DNA from: Acidobacteriota bacterium
GTDB lineage: Bacteria > Acidobacteriota > G020349885
Direction of reading: 5' to 3'
Length of the DNA: 64,000 bases
Assembly (NCBI GenBank): GCA_020349885.1
Contig: CP070701.1
Span: forward strand, 907,880 to 971,879
The translations under genes were made by a program, and so were the position numbers. Under the pieces are notes generated by a model that had not been told where the DNA came from, did no database searches, and was given only the letters and a program-made list of their open reading frames with translations. This document shows, in pieces, positions 32,177 to 41,846 of this stretch (positions are counted from its first letter, which is position 1; each line of letters opens with the position of its first letter).

Positions 32177-33502
32177 TCACGCGGCCTCCCCCGTAGGGGA
32201 AGGCTCGCGCGGCTCAAGGGCTATTGTAGCATGTGCGAGGAGGAAATCGGTAGCCTTCTGGCGGCGCAGGCGCGCGCGGAGGTTTTCCATAGCGTCCTTC
32301 TCGCGCTTGTAGTGCCGGCGCATCTCGTCGGCCGGGAGGCCCACGACCTGCGCCATGCGCTCGAACTCGCGGGAAATCTCTTCCTCCGAGACCTCGATCT
32401 TTTCCGTATCGGCGATTTTTCCGAGAAGAAGCGCGGCGTGCACTCGCTTGAGGGCCTCTTCACGGCCGCTTTCGTGAATCTCTTTCCAGTTGAAGGAGGG
32501 GTCGCGGGGGTCGATGCCGCGCTGGCCGAGCGCCTGGGCGGCCTGCTCCGTCTGGGCTCTCATCTGCCGCTCGATGAACGTCTCAGGAATCGTGACCGGA
32601 TTCTCGGCAATGAGCGCCGCGAGCGCCTGCTCCTCCAGGTCCTTGCGGACGTCCCTCTGCTTCTGCGCCTCCAGGTCCTTTCTCAGCTGCTCCTCGAGCT
32701 CCGCCAGGGAGGTGAGCTCGTCCGAGATCTGTTTTGCGAACTGGTCGTCCAGTTCGGGAAGGCGCTTCTCCTTGACGGCCTTGACCTCCACCCGGTAGCG
32801 AACGGTCTTACCCGCCACCGTCTTGTCCGGATGTTCGGCGCCGTAGTCGACGGAGAATTCCTTGACATCGCCCGGGCTCGCGTCCAGGAGCTCCTTGAGG
32901 AAGGTGGGCTCCAGGTTGTCGTCCAGGGAAAGCGTCACGGTTTCCTTCTTCGGCTTGGCGTCGTCCCGCTCGCTCTCCACGTCCGCGGCTACGAAGTCGC
33001 CTTTGCGCGCGGCGCGGCCCTCGACGGGCACAAGGCTCGCCACGCGCTCGCGCAGCGCCTCGAGGGATTTTTTCACTTCCTCGCTGGAGACCTTGGCGGA
33101 TTTCCTGGCCAGGGAAAGGCCGCGAACACGCTTCAGGGAAATTTCGGGGTGAATCTCGATGTCCACCTCGAAGCGGAAGTCGACCGTGGGGCCCGACTCG
33201 GAGAGCGCCAAGTCGGGCTGCTCGGTTAAGACGGGGTTTCCCACGGGCTCGATCGAAGCATCTTTCAGCGCCTGGGAGACTTTTTCCGTGATGATGCGCT
33301 CGAGCACCTCCTTGGAGATCTGCTGATGGAACCGGCGCTTGATGAGGTCTATGGGCGCCTTGCCCTTGCGGAAACCCGGCAAGTCGGCTTCGCGGCGCAT
33401 CTCGGCCACGACCTTGTCGAACGTCACCTGGACGTCGTCACGAGGCACCTCGATTCTGAGGCGCCTCTTGCACGCGCTGAGGTTCTCGATCTGGACGTTC
33501 AT
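32177..33502 (-). CDS. tig: Trigger factor
   Basis: 441 aa. N-terminal ribosome-binding domain (FRKGKAP), PPIase, and C-terminal arm. Confidence 0.9.
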   Translation of the reverse strand: MNVQIENLSACKRRLRIEVPRDDVQVTFDKVVAEMRREADLPGFRKGKAPIDLIKRRFHQQISKEVLERIITEKVSQALKDASIEPVGNPVLTEQPDLALSESGPTVDFRFEVDIEIHPEISLKRVRGLSLARKSAKVSSEEVKKSLEALRERVASLVPVEGRAARKGDFVAADVESERDDAKPKKETVTLSLDDNLEPTFLKELLDASPGDVKEFSVDYGAEHPDKTVAGKTVRYRVEVKAVKEKRLPELDDQFAKQISDELTSLAELEEQLRKDLEAQKQRDVRKDLEEQALAALIAENPVTIPETFIERQMRAQTEQAAQALGQRGIDPRDPSFNWKEIHESGREEALKRVHAALLLGKIADTEKIEVSEEEISREFERMAQVVGLPADEMRRHYKREKDAMENLRARLRRQKATDFLLAHATIALEPREPSPTGEAA

Positions 33503-33533
33503 ACGGTGAATGCTCTTTCTGTTGTTCGAAGGG

Positions 33534-33615
33534 TGCGAAAGGGGGGATTTGAACCCCCACCCCCGAAGGGACGGGATCCTAAGTCCCGCGCGTCTGCCAG
33601 TTCCGCCACTTTCGC
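33534..33615 (-). tRNA. tRNA-Leu (anticodon TAG)
   Basis: Hand-folded. Acceptor stem GCGAAAG/CTTTCGC, discriminator A, anticodon loop CTTAGGA, 13-nt variable arm, T-loop GGTTCAAATCC. CCA is not encoded. Confidence 0.85.
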
Positions 33616-33690
33616 CCGGGAAATCTTTCCGCCGCCCGCATCTCCTTCCGTACGGTTTCCATACGGGTTCCGTACGGCCTCCATACGGGA

Positions 33691-33763
33691 TGAGCCGCGC
33701 AGGAGTCGAACCTGCAACCTACGGATTAAGAGTCCGTTGCTCTGCCAGTTGAGCTAGCGGCCC
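33691..33763 (-). tRNA. tRNA-Lys (anticodon CTT)
   Basis: Hand-folded. GGGCCGC acceptor stem with one G-U pair, anticodon loop CTCTTAA, T-arm GCAGGTTCGACTCCTGC. Close to E. coli tRNA-Lys. Confidence 0.85.
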
Positions 33764-33973
33764 AAGTGTTGAAAGCAACTGAAAACAAAGGATATCTCAA
33801 CCGATGTATAATTTCGCTTTACCAGTTTCAACCGTTTTTCAGCCGCCGCTTCGGACTTTCCGCCTTCTTCCTCGGCTATCAGCCCTATTGTGCCATGGGG
33901 CTTTTGGGGCTGCAAGTGGGCGTAGATTTACGTCGTCGTAGCGTGGCCATGGCCGCGCGGTGGATGTACGCAC

Positions 33974-35542
33974 CTAGTGAAGCCGCTCCAGCTCCCGCCC
34001 GGCGCTCTGGTATTCGGGTATTATCGTTGCGTTGGTCGCGAGGCATTTTTCAAAAAGCTCGCGGGCCTTCTTCTCCCGTTCCGGCAGGGGCGCATCGCTT
34101 GGCTCCCCCGTGCCCAGCAAATGCGCCATACCCATGTAGTAATACGCTTCGCATTTTCGCCGTCGATCGGTTTCCTCGTCGTCGCTTTCCGTCGCTTCGA
34201 GAACCTTCTCCTCAGTGATTTCCCCGATGTAGAAGCGCGCAAGAGGCGCGGGCCATCCGGCGTCTTCGGGTGTTTTTCCCCAGTTACTCACGTGCGCTCG
34301 AGCTTCTTCCTCCCTGCCCGTTTCGAAGACGGCAAGGGAGTAGGCAAGCTGGACATAGACGTCATCATATTCGACATCCACGGCCGTGCGGTATTCGGCG
34401 CTTTCGGGATCCCAAAGGACGGGTGCCTGGAATTCTTGGATGGCTTCCCAGTATTTCTCCTGGTGGTAGTAAACCCACGCCAGGCCGCTGTGCGCATTGG
34501 CGTGTTCCGGTTCGAGTCTGATAGCTTTCTGGAACTCCGAGATGGCCGCCCCAAACTCGCTCTGGTCCGCGTACACCCACCCCAGGCTGTTGTGTGGGTC
34601 CGGGTTTTCCGGCTCCAAGGCGACGGCTTTCCACAACTCGGCAGTCGCCTCCTCGTAGCGGCCCTGCATATGGTAAATGTCGCCCATGCCGTTGTGTGCC
34701 TCGATGTCATCCGGGTCGAGCTCGGCGGCTTCCTGAAATTTCACCAGCGCCTCCTCGTACCTTCCCTGGCCGTAGTAAACCCACCCGAGGTCGCTCAGCA
34801 GCACGGCGTCTTCGGGCCTGAGGTGGCCGTACCGCTCGTCGCTGACCAGCGCGAGGGATTTTTCAAATAAATCCTCCGCCTCCTCCCAGTTTTCCAGAAT
34901 GTAGTAAACGTTGCCCTGCCAGCGAAGGCTCTCCGCGGTGGGGGGGTCGATTTTCTGAAGCAGGCGAAGCGCCTTGTCGGGCATGTCTTGGTAGTAAGCC
35001 GCCGCCACAAGGAGTGCCACGTTGCGAAGCTCGTCCACTTCGGTTTTTTCCACCCCCCCCTGCTCGGGCGAGGCGAAAAGCACCTCTACGGAGCGCTCCT
35101 TTTCCCGGAACCACCGAAGGGGCGTCAAGGTTGTGAGGTAGGGCCGAATTTCCATGCTTTCCTGAAACATGAACACGTGCCCCCAGACGACAATGTCCGC
35201 CTGGAGTGCTTCGCCCAGGGTTTCCGCCTCCTCCTCGGTGCGGGGAGGTTCGTCAGCATCTTCCGCCGCTGAAATCGTTACGCCTTCCTCGGCCCCCAGC
35301 TCCTCGCGAAGCGTCTTCTCCGCCATGCGCTGCATGGCCCGGCCCTTTTCCATGGCCGTCTCGTCCGGTCCCCAGAACGGTGCCACCGCGATGACGAATT
35401 TTTCTTCTTCCCTCTCCACTTCCGTCCTCTCTTCCAACGGGAGAGGGAAAAGGGGGGCGAGGGCCTTCCACGCCCACCATGCCGCCGCTGCGGCTATGAT
35501 GAGTATAAAGACAATTACCGTCCAGAGGGTTTTCTTATTCAT
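33974..35542 (-). CDS. Membrane-anchored TPR family protein, paralog 1 of the tandem array
   Basis: N-terminal K-rich TM anchor (KKTLWTVIVFILIIAAAAAWWAWK). Conserved ~150-aa domain (FVIAVAPFWGPDE...ADIVVWGHVF...ELRNVALLVAAAYYQ). TPR repeats. Conserved C-terminus QKCEAYYYMG...FEKCLATNAT. Confidence 0.8.
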   Translation of the reverse strand: MNKKTLWTVIVFILIIAAAAAWWAWKALAPLFPLPLEERTEVEREEEKFVIAVAPFWGPDETAMEKGRAMQRMAEKTLREELGAEEGVTISAAEDADEPPRTEEEAETLGEALQADIVVWGHVFMFQESMEIRPYLTTLTPLRWFREKERSVEVLFASPEQGGVEKTEVDELRNVALLVAAAYYQDMPDKALRLLQKIDPPTAESLRWQGNVYYILENWEEAEDLFEKSLALVSDERYGHLRPEDAVLLSDLGWVYYGQGRYEEALVKFQEAAELDPDDIEAHNGMGDIYHMQGRYEEATAELWKAVALEPENPDPHNSLGWVYADQSEFGAAISEFQKAIRLEPEHANAHSGLAWVYYHQEKYWEAIQEFQAPVLWDPESAEYRTAVDVEYDDVYVQLAYSLAVFETGREEEARAHVSNWGKTPEDAGWPAPLARFYIGEITEEKVLEATESDDEETDRRRKCEAYYYMGMAHLLGTGEPSDAPLPEREKKARELFEKCLATNATIIPEYQSAGRELERLH

Positions 35543-35560
35543 GAATCACGATTTCTTTTT

Positions 35561-37123
35561 TTAAAGCTGCTTCAGCTCCCGCTCGGCGCTCCGGTATTCG
35601 GGCGTTATCGTTGCACCGGTCGAGAGGCATTTCTCAAAATACCCGCGGGCCTTCTTCTCCCGTTCCGGCAGGGGCGCATCGCTCGGTGCCCCTGCACCCA
35701 GCAAATGCGCCGTTCCCATGTAGTAATACGCCTCGCATTTTTGCCGGCGGCCGATTTCCTCGTCGTCGCTTTCCGCCGCTTCGAGGACTTTTTCTTCCGC
35801 GGCTTCTCCGGCGTAGAAGCGCGCAATGGGTGCGGGCCATTCGGCTTCCGCTATGCCTTTGTACATTCTTGCCACTTCTTTCATGTGCGCTCGAGCTTCT
35901 TCCTCCCTGCCCGTTTTGAGGAGGGCAAGAGAGTAGGCAAATCCGAGGTAGACGTCCCCATATACGGCCTCAATGGCCGTGCGATGTTCGGCGCCTGCGG
36001 GATCTACAACGGGCGTCTCAAACTCCGCGACAGCCTTCTCGTATTCCCCCTGGTGGTAGTAAACCCACGCCAAGCCGGTGTGCGCATCGGCGTGTTTCGG
36101 GTCGAACTCGACGACTTTCCGGAACTCCGAGATGGCCGCCCCAAATTCGCTCTGGTCGCAGTACACCCATCCCAAGCTGTTGTGGGGTTCGGGGTTTTCC
36201 GGCTCCAGGGCGATGGCTTTCCACAGCTCGGCAGCCGCCTCCTTGTAGCGGCGCTGGATATAGTAAATGTCGCCCATGCCGTTGTGTGCCTCGATGTCCT
36301 CCGGGTCGAGCTCGACGGCTTCCTGAAATTTCGCCAGCGCCTCCTCGTATTTCCCCTCGTAGTAGTAAACCCACCCGAAGTCGCTCAAGAGCGCGGCGTC
36401 TTCGGGCCTGAGGTGACCGTACCGCTCGTCATTGACCAGCGCAAGGGATTTTTCAAACAAGCCCTCCGCCTCTTCCCAGTTTTCCAAGATGTAGTAAATG
36501 TTGCCCTGCCAGTGCAGGCTATCCGCGGTGGGGGGCTCGATTTTCTGAAGGAGGCGAAGCGCCTTGTCGGGCATGTCCTGGTAGTAAGCGGCCGCCACAA
36601 GTAGCGCCACGTTGCGAAGCTCGTCCACTTCGGTTTTTTTCACCCCTCCCTCCTCGGGCGGGGCGAAGAGCACCTCTACGGAGCGTTCCTTTTCCCGGAG
36701 CCAGCGAAAGGGTGCCAGGGTCGTGAAGTAGGGCCGAATCTCCATGCCTTCCTGAAACAAGAACACGTGCCCCCAGACGACAATGTCCGCCTGGAGCGCT
36801 TCGCCGAAATTTCTCGCTTCCTCCTCGGTGCGGGGAGGCTCCTCAGCTTCTTCCGCCAGAATCGCCACGCCTTCCTCGGCCCCCAACTCCTCGCGAAGCG
36901 TTTTCTCCGCCAGGCGCTGCACGGCCCGGCCCTCTTCCACGGCTTTCGCGTCCGACCCCCAGAACGGCGCCACCGCGATGACGAAGTGCTCTTCCTGGTC
37001 TTGCAGGGACAAAGCGTCACCCGGGGCGACCCCGCAGATACCCCCGCATTTCCACACCCACCATGCCGCCGCCGCGGCGATGACGAGAATGACGATCGCT
37101 ACCCAGAGGATTTTCTTATTCAT
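35561..37123 (-). CDS. Membrane-anchored TPR family protein, paralog 2
   Basis: Same architecture. Start placed at ATG 37123 (MNKKILWVAIVILVIAAAAAWW). Confidence 0.8.
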   Translation of the reverse strand: MNKKILWVAIVILVIAAAAAWWVWKCGGICGVAPGDALSLQDQEEHFVIAVAPFWGSDAKAVEEGRAVQRLAEKTLREELGAEEGVAILAEEAEEPPRTEEEARNFGEALQADIVVWGHVFLFQEGMEIRPYFTTLAPFRWLREKERSVEVLFAPPEEGGVKKTEVDELRNVALLVAAAYYQDMPDKALRLLQKIEPPTADSLHWQGNIYYILENWEEAEGLFEKSLALVNDERYGHLRPEDAALLSDFGWVYYYEGKYEEALAKFQEAVELDPEDIEAHNGMGDIYYIQRRYKEAAAELWKAIALEPENPEPHNSLGWVYCDQSEFGAAISEFRKVVEFDPKHADAHTGLAWVYYHQGEYEKAVAEFETPVVDPAGAEHRTAIEAVYGDVYLGFAYSLALLKTGREEEARAHMKEVARMYKGIAEAEWPAPIARFYAGEAAEEKVLEAAESDDEEIGRRQKCEAYYYMGTAHLLGAGAPSDAPLPEREKKARGYFEKCLSTGATITPEYRSAERELKQL

Positions 37124-37143
37124 TGAGTCGCGATTTCTTTTTT

Positions 37144-38712
37144 TTAAAGCTGCTTCAGCTCCCGCTCGGCGCTCCGGTATTCGGGTACTGTTGTTGCGCC
37201 GGTCGCGAGGCATTTTTCAAAATGCTCGCGGGCTTTTTTCTCCCGTTCCGGCTGGGACGCATCGCGCTGCGCCCCAACGCCCAGCAAATGCGTCATCCCC
37301 ATGTAATAATACGCCTCGCATTTTTGCTCTTGTTCGAGTTCTTCGTCGTCGGCCTCCGCCGCTTTGAGGACATCTCCCTCCGTGATTTCCCCCAAGTAGA
37401 AGAACGCAAGGGGCGCGGCCCACCCGGGCTTCTCGTCGCCTCTGAACAACTTTGCCAATTCTTTTATAGGCGTCTGAGCTTCCTCACCCCGCCCCGCTCT
37501 GTGGAGGGCGAGGGAGTAAGCAAGCTGGATGTAGACGTCGCTGTACTCGGATTTGATGGCCGGATTTTCGTTGCCCGTTGCGAGATCTACAACGGGCATC
37601 TCAAACTCCGCGACGGCTTTCTCGTATTCCCCCTCGTGGTAGTGCAGCCATCCCACGGCGTTGCGCACCTCGGCGTAATGCGGGTCGAGCGTGATGACTT
37701 TCTGAAACGCCGCAAGCGCCTTCTCGTACTCGTATTTTTCCCCGTAGCAGTACGTCCACCCCAGGCCGTCGTGCGCGTCGGAGTTGCCCGGGTCGAGCTC
37801 AGCGGCTTTCTGGAATTCCGCACGTGCTTCCTCGTATTTCACCTGCTCTAAGCGAACCCATCCCAGGTCGGCGTACAGCATCGAGTCCTTCGGGTCGAGC
37901 GTGAGGGACTCCGGAGGCTCCGCGGGCGCCTCCCCGGCCGCAACGGTCTCGCGCCCCTCCCCAAGCTTGGGCTTGAGGCGCTCGTACCGCTCGCGGCGGG
38001 CCTGCGCGATGGCTCTTAAGTACAAATCCGCCGCCTCTTCCTGTTTGCTCAGCATGTAGTAGATGTTGCCCTGCCAGCGCAGGCTCTCCACGGTGGGGGG
38101 ATCGATTTTCTCGAGCAGGCGGAGCGCCTTGTCGGGCTCGCCCTGGTAATAGACGGCCGCCACAACGAGCGCCACGTTGCGAAGCTCGGCCACTTTGGTT
38201 TTTTGCATCTCCTCCTGCTCGGGCAGGGTGAAAAACGCTCCCATGGATTGCTCCTCTTTCCGAATCCAGCGAAGGGACGTCAGGGTCGTGAAGTAGGGCC
38301 GGATCTCCAAGCCTTCCTGAAACACGAACACCTGCCCCCAGATGACGATGTCCGCATGGTGCGCTTCACCGAGGGTTTTCGCCTCCTCGTCGGTGCGGGG
38401 AGGCTCTTCGATCCCTTCCGTTAAAATCGTCACGCTTTCCTCGGCCTCCAGCTCCTCTCGAAGCGCATCCCCCGTCAGGCGTTGCATGGAGCGGCCTTCT
38501 TCATCGGCCTTCGGGTCCGACGCCCAGAACGGCGCCACCGCGATGATGAATTGTCCTTCCATGTCTTGCAGGGACGAAGCGTCGCTCAGGCCGAGCTTGC
38601 AGGTCCCCCCGCATTTCCACAACCACCATGCTGCCGCCGCGGCGATGACGAGAATGACAATCGCCGCCCAGAGAATTTTTTTTCGTTGTGACCGTCCTTG
38701 CGTTTTACTCAT
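37144..38712 (-). CDS. Membrane-anchored TPR family protein, paralog 3
   Basis: Same architecture (RKKILWAAIVILVIAAAAAWW). Confidence 0.8.
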   Translation of the reverse strand: MSKTQGRSQRKKILWAAIVILVIAAAAAWWLWKCGGTCKLGLSDASSLQDMEGQFIIAVAPFWASDPKADEEGRSMQRLTGDALREELEAEESVTILTEGIEEPPRTDEEAKTLGEAHHADIVIWGQVFVFQEGLEIRPYFTTLTSLRWIRKEEQSMGAFFTLPEQEEMQKTKVAELRNVALVVAAVYYQGEPDKALRLLEKIDPPTVESLRWQGNIYYMLSKQEEAADLYLRAIAQARRERYERLKPKLGEGRETVAAGEAPAEPPESLTLDPKDSMLYADLGWVRLEQVKYEEARAEFQKAAELDPGNSDAHDGLGWTYCYGEKYEYEKALAAFQKVITLDPHYAEVRNAVGWLHYHEGEYEKAVAEFEMPVVDLATGNENPAIKSEYSDVYIQLAYSLALHRAGRGEEAQTPIKELAKLFRGDEKPGWAAPLAFFYLGEITEGDVLKAAEADDEELEQEQKCEAYYYMGMTHLLGVGAQRDASQPEREKKAREHFEKCLATGATTVPEYRSAERELKQL

Positions 38713-38802
38713 GGATTTACCTTTCAGGCGAGCCGTAGAACGCCGGGGGCGGAAGTCCGAAGCCGCTGAACGGGCCGCAAGAGGCGAGGCCGGTGCGGTT
38801 TC

Positions 38803-40275
38803 CTAAGCTCCTCCTTGAAGCTGCTCAAGCTCCCGCTCGGCGCTCCGGTATTCGGGCAGGTCTGTTGCATCGGTCGCGAGGCTCTTTTCGAGGTATTCGC
38901 GGACTGTTTCCTGCCGATTCCGTTGGGGGGCGCCGCCGGACGGCCCCACGCCCAGCGCATACGCCATCCCCATGTAATAATACGCCTCGCATATTTGCTC
39001 TCGCTCAAGTGTCTCGTCGTCGACCTTCGCCGCTTCGAGAACCTCTTCTTCCGTGATTTCCCCGAGGTAGAAGAGCACAAGGGGCGCGGGCCATTCGGCT
39101 TCCGCTATGCCTTTGTACATTCTTGCCGCCTCTTCCATGTGCGCTTGAGCTTCTTCCCCCCGGCCCGTTTTGAGGAGGGCGAGGGAGCAGGCAAGCTGGA
39201 CGTAGACGTCGTCGTAATCGACTTCTACGGCCTTGCGATATTCGGCGCCCGTGGCATCTGTGATGGTCGTCTGAAACTCGCCGACGGCCTCCTCGTATCT
39301 CCCCTCGTGGTAGTAAACCCACCCGAGGCCGTTGTGCACCTCGGCGTTGTTCGGATCGAGCTCGACGGCCTTCTGGAACTCCGCAACCGCCTCATCATAG
39401 TCTTCGTCGAAGTAGTAAAGCCACCCCATACCGCTGAGCGCTTCGACGTGTTCCGGGTCGAGCTCGAGGGACTTCTGGAACTTCGCACGCGCCTCCTCGT
39501 ATTTTGCCTGCTCAAAGTAAAGCCACGCGAGGTCGCTCAGGAGTATGGCGTCCTCGGGCCTGAGGTGGCCGAACCGCTCTTCCCGGGCCAGCGCGAGGGC
39601 TTCTTCCGCCAAACTTTCCGCCTTTTCCCATTTCTTCAGAATGTAGTATACGTTGGCTTGCCAGCGCAGGCTCTCCGCGGTGGGGGGATCGATTTTCTGA
39701 AGCAGTCGAAGCGCCTTGTCGGGTTCGTTCTGGTAATACACCGCCGCCACGAGGATCGCCACGTTGCGAAGCTCGTCCACTTCGGTCTTTTTCATCCCTC
39801 CCTCATCGGGCGGGGCGAAGAGCACTTCCATGGAGCGTTCTTTTTCCCGAAGCCAGCGAAGGGGCGTCAGGGCCGTGAAGTAGGGCCGTATCTCCATGGC
39901 TTCCTGAAACACGAACACGTGCCCCCAGACGACGATGTCCGCCTGGAGCGCCGCGCCGAACTTTTTCGCTTCCTCGTCGGTGCGTGGAGGTTTTTTCACC
40001 TCTTCCGCCAGAATCGCCACGCCTTCCTCTGTCCCCAGCTCCTCGCGAAGCGTCTTCTCCGCCAGGCGCTGCACGGCCAAGCCCTCCTCAACGGCCTTCG
40101 CGTCCGACCCCCAGAACGGCGCCACCGCGATGACGAAGTGCTCTTCCTGGTCTTGCAGGGCCGAAGCGTCGCTCAGGCCGAGCTTGCATGCCCCCCCGCA
40201 TTTCCACACCCACCATGCTGCCGCGGCGGCGATGACGAGAAGGACAATCACCGCCCAGAGGATTTTCTTTTTCAT
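38803..40275 (-). CDS. Membrane-anchored TPR family protein, paralog 4
   Basis: Same architecture (MKKKILWAVIVLLVIAAAAAWW). Confidence 0.8.
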   Translation of the reverse strand: MKKKILWAVIVLLVIAAAAAWWVWKCGGACKLGLSDASALQDQEEHFVIAVAPFWGSDAKAVEEGLAVQRLAEKTLREELGTEEGVAILAEEVKKPPRTDEEAKKFGAALQADIVVWGHVFVFQEAMEIRPYFTALTPLRWLREKERSMEVLFAPPDEGGMKKTEVDELRNVAILVAAVYYQNEPDKALRLLQKIDPPTAESLRWQANVYYILKKWEKAESLAEEALALAREERFGHLRPEDAILLSDLAWLYFEQAKYEEARAKFQKSLELDPEHVEALSGMGWLYYFDEDYDEAVAEFQKAVELDPNNAEVHNGLGWVYYHEGRYEEAVGEFQTTITDATGAEYRKAVEVDYDDVYVQLACSLALLKTGRGEEAQAHMEEAARMYKGIAEAEWPAPLVLFYLGEITEEEVLEAAKVDDETLEREQICEAYYYMGMAYALGVGPSGGAPQRNRQETVREYLEKSLATDATDLPEYRSAERELEQLQGGA

Positions 40276-40298
40276 AAGCCGCTAATTCCTTTATTTTC

Positions 40299-41846
40299 TT
40301 AAAGTTGCTTCAACTCGCGTTTGGCGCTCCGGTATTCCGGTACGGTCGTTGTGCCGATCGCGAGGCATTTCTCAAAATACCCGCGGGCTTTTTTCTTCCG
40401 TTCCGGCTGAGGCGCTTCGCTCTGCGCCCCTACGCCCAGCAAATGTGCCATCCCCATGTAATAATACGCCTCGCATTTTTGCTCTTGTTCGAGCGTCTCG
40501 TCGTCGCTCTTTGTCGCTTCGAGAACATCTTCCTCCGTGATTTCCCCGAGATAGAAGAACGCAAGGGGCGCGGCCCATCCGGGCTCCTCGTCGCCTCTGA
40601 ACACCTTGACCAATTCTTTTATAGGCGTTTGAGCTTCTTCCCCCCGGCCCGCTCTGTGAAGGGCGAAGGCGTAAGCAAGCTGGATGTAGACGTCGCTGTA
40701 CTCGGACTGGACGGCCGGGTATTCGGCGCCCGTCGCGGGATCCGCAACGGGTGTCTCAAACTCCGCGACGGCTTTCTCGCATCCCCCCTCGTGATAGTGC
40801 ACCCATCCCATGCCGCAGTGCACCTCGCCGGTGTACTGCGGGTCGAGATCGACGGCTTTCTGAAACGCCGCAAGCGCCTTCTCGTAGTCGTACTCTTCCC
40901 CGTAGCAGTACGTCCACCCTAGGCCGTCTTGTGCGTCGGCGTTGTTCGGGTCGAGCGCGGCGGCTTTCTGGAACTCCGCGAGCGCTTTCTCGTATTTTGC
41001 CTGCTCGCTGTAGACCCATCCCAGGTCGGCGTACAGCATGGAGTCCATCGGGTCGAGCGCGAGGGACTCCGGAACCTCCGCGGGCGCCTCCCCGGTCGTC
41101 CCCGCAAGCTTGGGTTTGAGGCGCTCGTACCGCTCGCGGCGGGCCTGCGCGATGGCTTTCTGGTACAAATCCGCTGCCGCCTCATGTTTGTTCAGCATGT
41201 AGTGGATATTTCCCTGCCACCGCAGGCTCTCCACGGTGGGAGGGGCGATTTTCTGAAGCAGGCGAAGCGCTTTGTCGGGCTCGCCCTGGTAATAGACGGC
41301 CGCCACAAGGAGCGCCACGTTGCGAAGCTCATCCACTTTGGCTTTTTGCTTATCCCGCTGCTCGGGCAGTGTGAAGAACGCCCCCATGGAGTGCTCCTCT
41401 TCCCGAATCCAGCGAAGGGACGTCAGGGTCGTGAAGTAGGGCCGAATCTCCATGCCCTCCTGAAACACGAACACGTGCCCCCAGATGACGATGTCCGCCT
41501 GAAACGCCTTGCCGATGATTTTCGCCTCCTCGTCGGTGCGGGGAGATCTGCCGATCCCTTCCACCAAAACCGTCACGCCTTCCTCGGCCTCCAGCTCCTT
41601 GCGAAGTATCTCCCCCGTCAGGCGCTGCATGGTCCGGCCCTCTCTTATGGCTTTCGCGTCCGACGCCCAGAACGGCGCCACCGCGATGATGAATTGCTCT
41701 TGCAGGAACGCAGCGTCGCCCGGTGCGACCCCGCAGGTCCCCCTGCATTTCCACGCCCACCATGCCGCCGCCGCGGCGATGACGAGAAGGACAATCAACA
41801 CCCAGAGGAATTTCTTTCGTCGCGGACGCTGTTGCGTTTCGCTCAT
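40299..41846 (-). CDS. Membrane-anchored TPR family protein, paralog 5
   Basis: Same architecture. Start placed at ATG 41846 (MSETQQRPRRKKFLWVLIVLLVIAAAAAWW). The 773-aa track ORF is a stop-free upstream extension. Confidence 0.75.
   Translation of the reverse strand: MSETQQRPRRKKFLWVLIVLLVIAAAAAWWAWKCRGTCGVAPGDAAFLQEQFIIAVAPFWASDAKAIREGRTMQRLTGEILRKELEAEEGVTVLVEGIGRSPRTDEEAKIIGKAFQADIVIWGHVFVFQEGMEIRPYFTTLTSLRWIREEEHSMGAFFTLPEQRDKQKAKVDELRNVALLVAAVYYQGEPDKALRLLQKIAPPTVESLRWQGNIHYMLNKHEAAADLYQKAIAQARRERYERLKPKLAGTTGEAPAEVPESLALDPMDSMLYADLGWVYSEQAKYEKALAEFQKAAALDPNNADAQDGLGWTYCYGEEYDYEKALAAFQKAVDLDPQYTGEVHCGMGWVHYHEGGCEKAVAEFETPVADPATGAEYPAVQSEYSDVYIQLAYAFALHRAGRGEEAQTPIKELVKVFRGDEEPGWAAPLAFFYLGEITEEDVLEATKSDDETLEQEQKCEAYYYMGMAHLLGVGAQSEAPQPERKKKARGYFEKCLAIGTTTVPEYRSAKRELKQL

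Noticed and set aside
31679-33229. 516-aa plus-strand ORF opposite clpP and tig
   Set aside because: Antisense artefact across two highly conserved genes.
33764-33830. TATAAT hexamers on both strands just upstream of tRNA-Lys
   Set aside because: A minus-strand TTGAAA-N15-TATACA would fit a tRNA promoter but the spacing is short. The plus-strand TGTATAAT would drive transcription antisense to the TPR array. Neither is supportable without 5'-end data.
38815-40302. 495-aa plus-strand ORF and the similar long plus-strand ORFs (33977-34870, 35705-36604, 37123-37851, 40929-41873) opposite the TPR paralogs
   Set aside because: Each mirrors a minus-strand TPR gene whose translation has clear TPR periodicity, a TM anchor and inter-paralog conservation. 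The plus-strand translations are R/G/P-rich.
33974-41846. Possibility that the regularly spaced ~1.5-kb repeats are a CRISPR array or IS-element cluster
   Set aside because: The repeat units are full-length protein-coding paralogs of about 1.5 kb with diverged sequence. There are no short direct repeats with unique spacers, no cas genes and no transposase.
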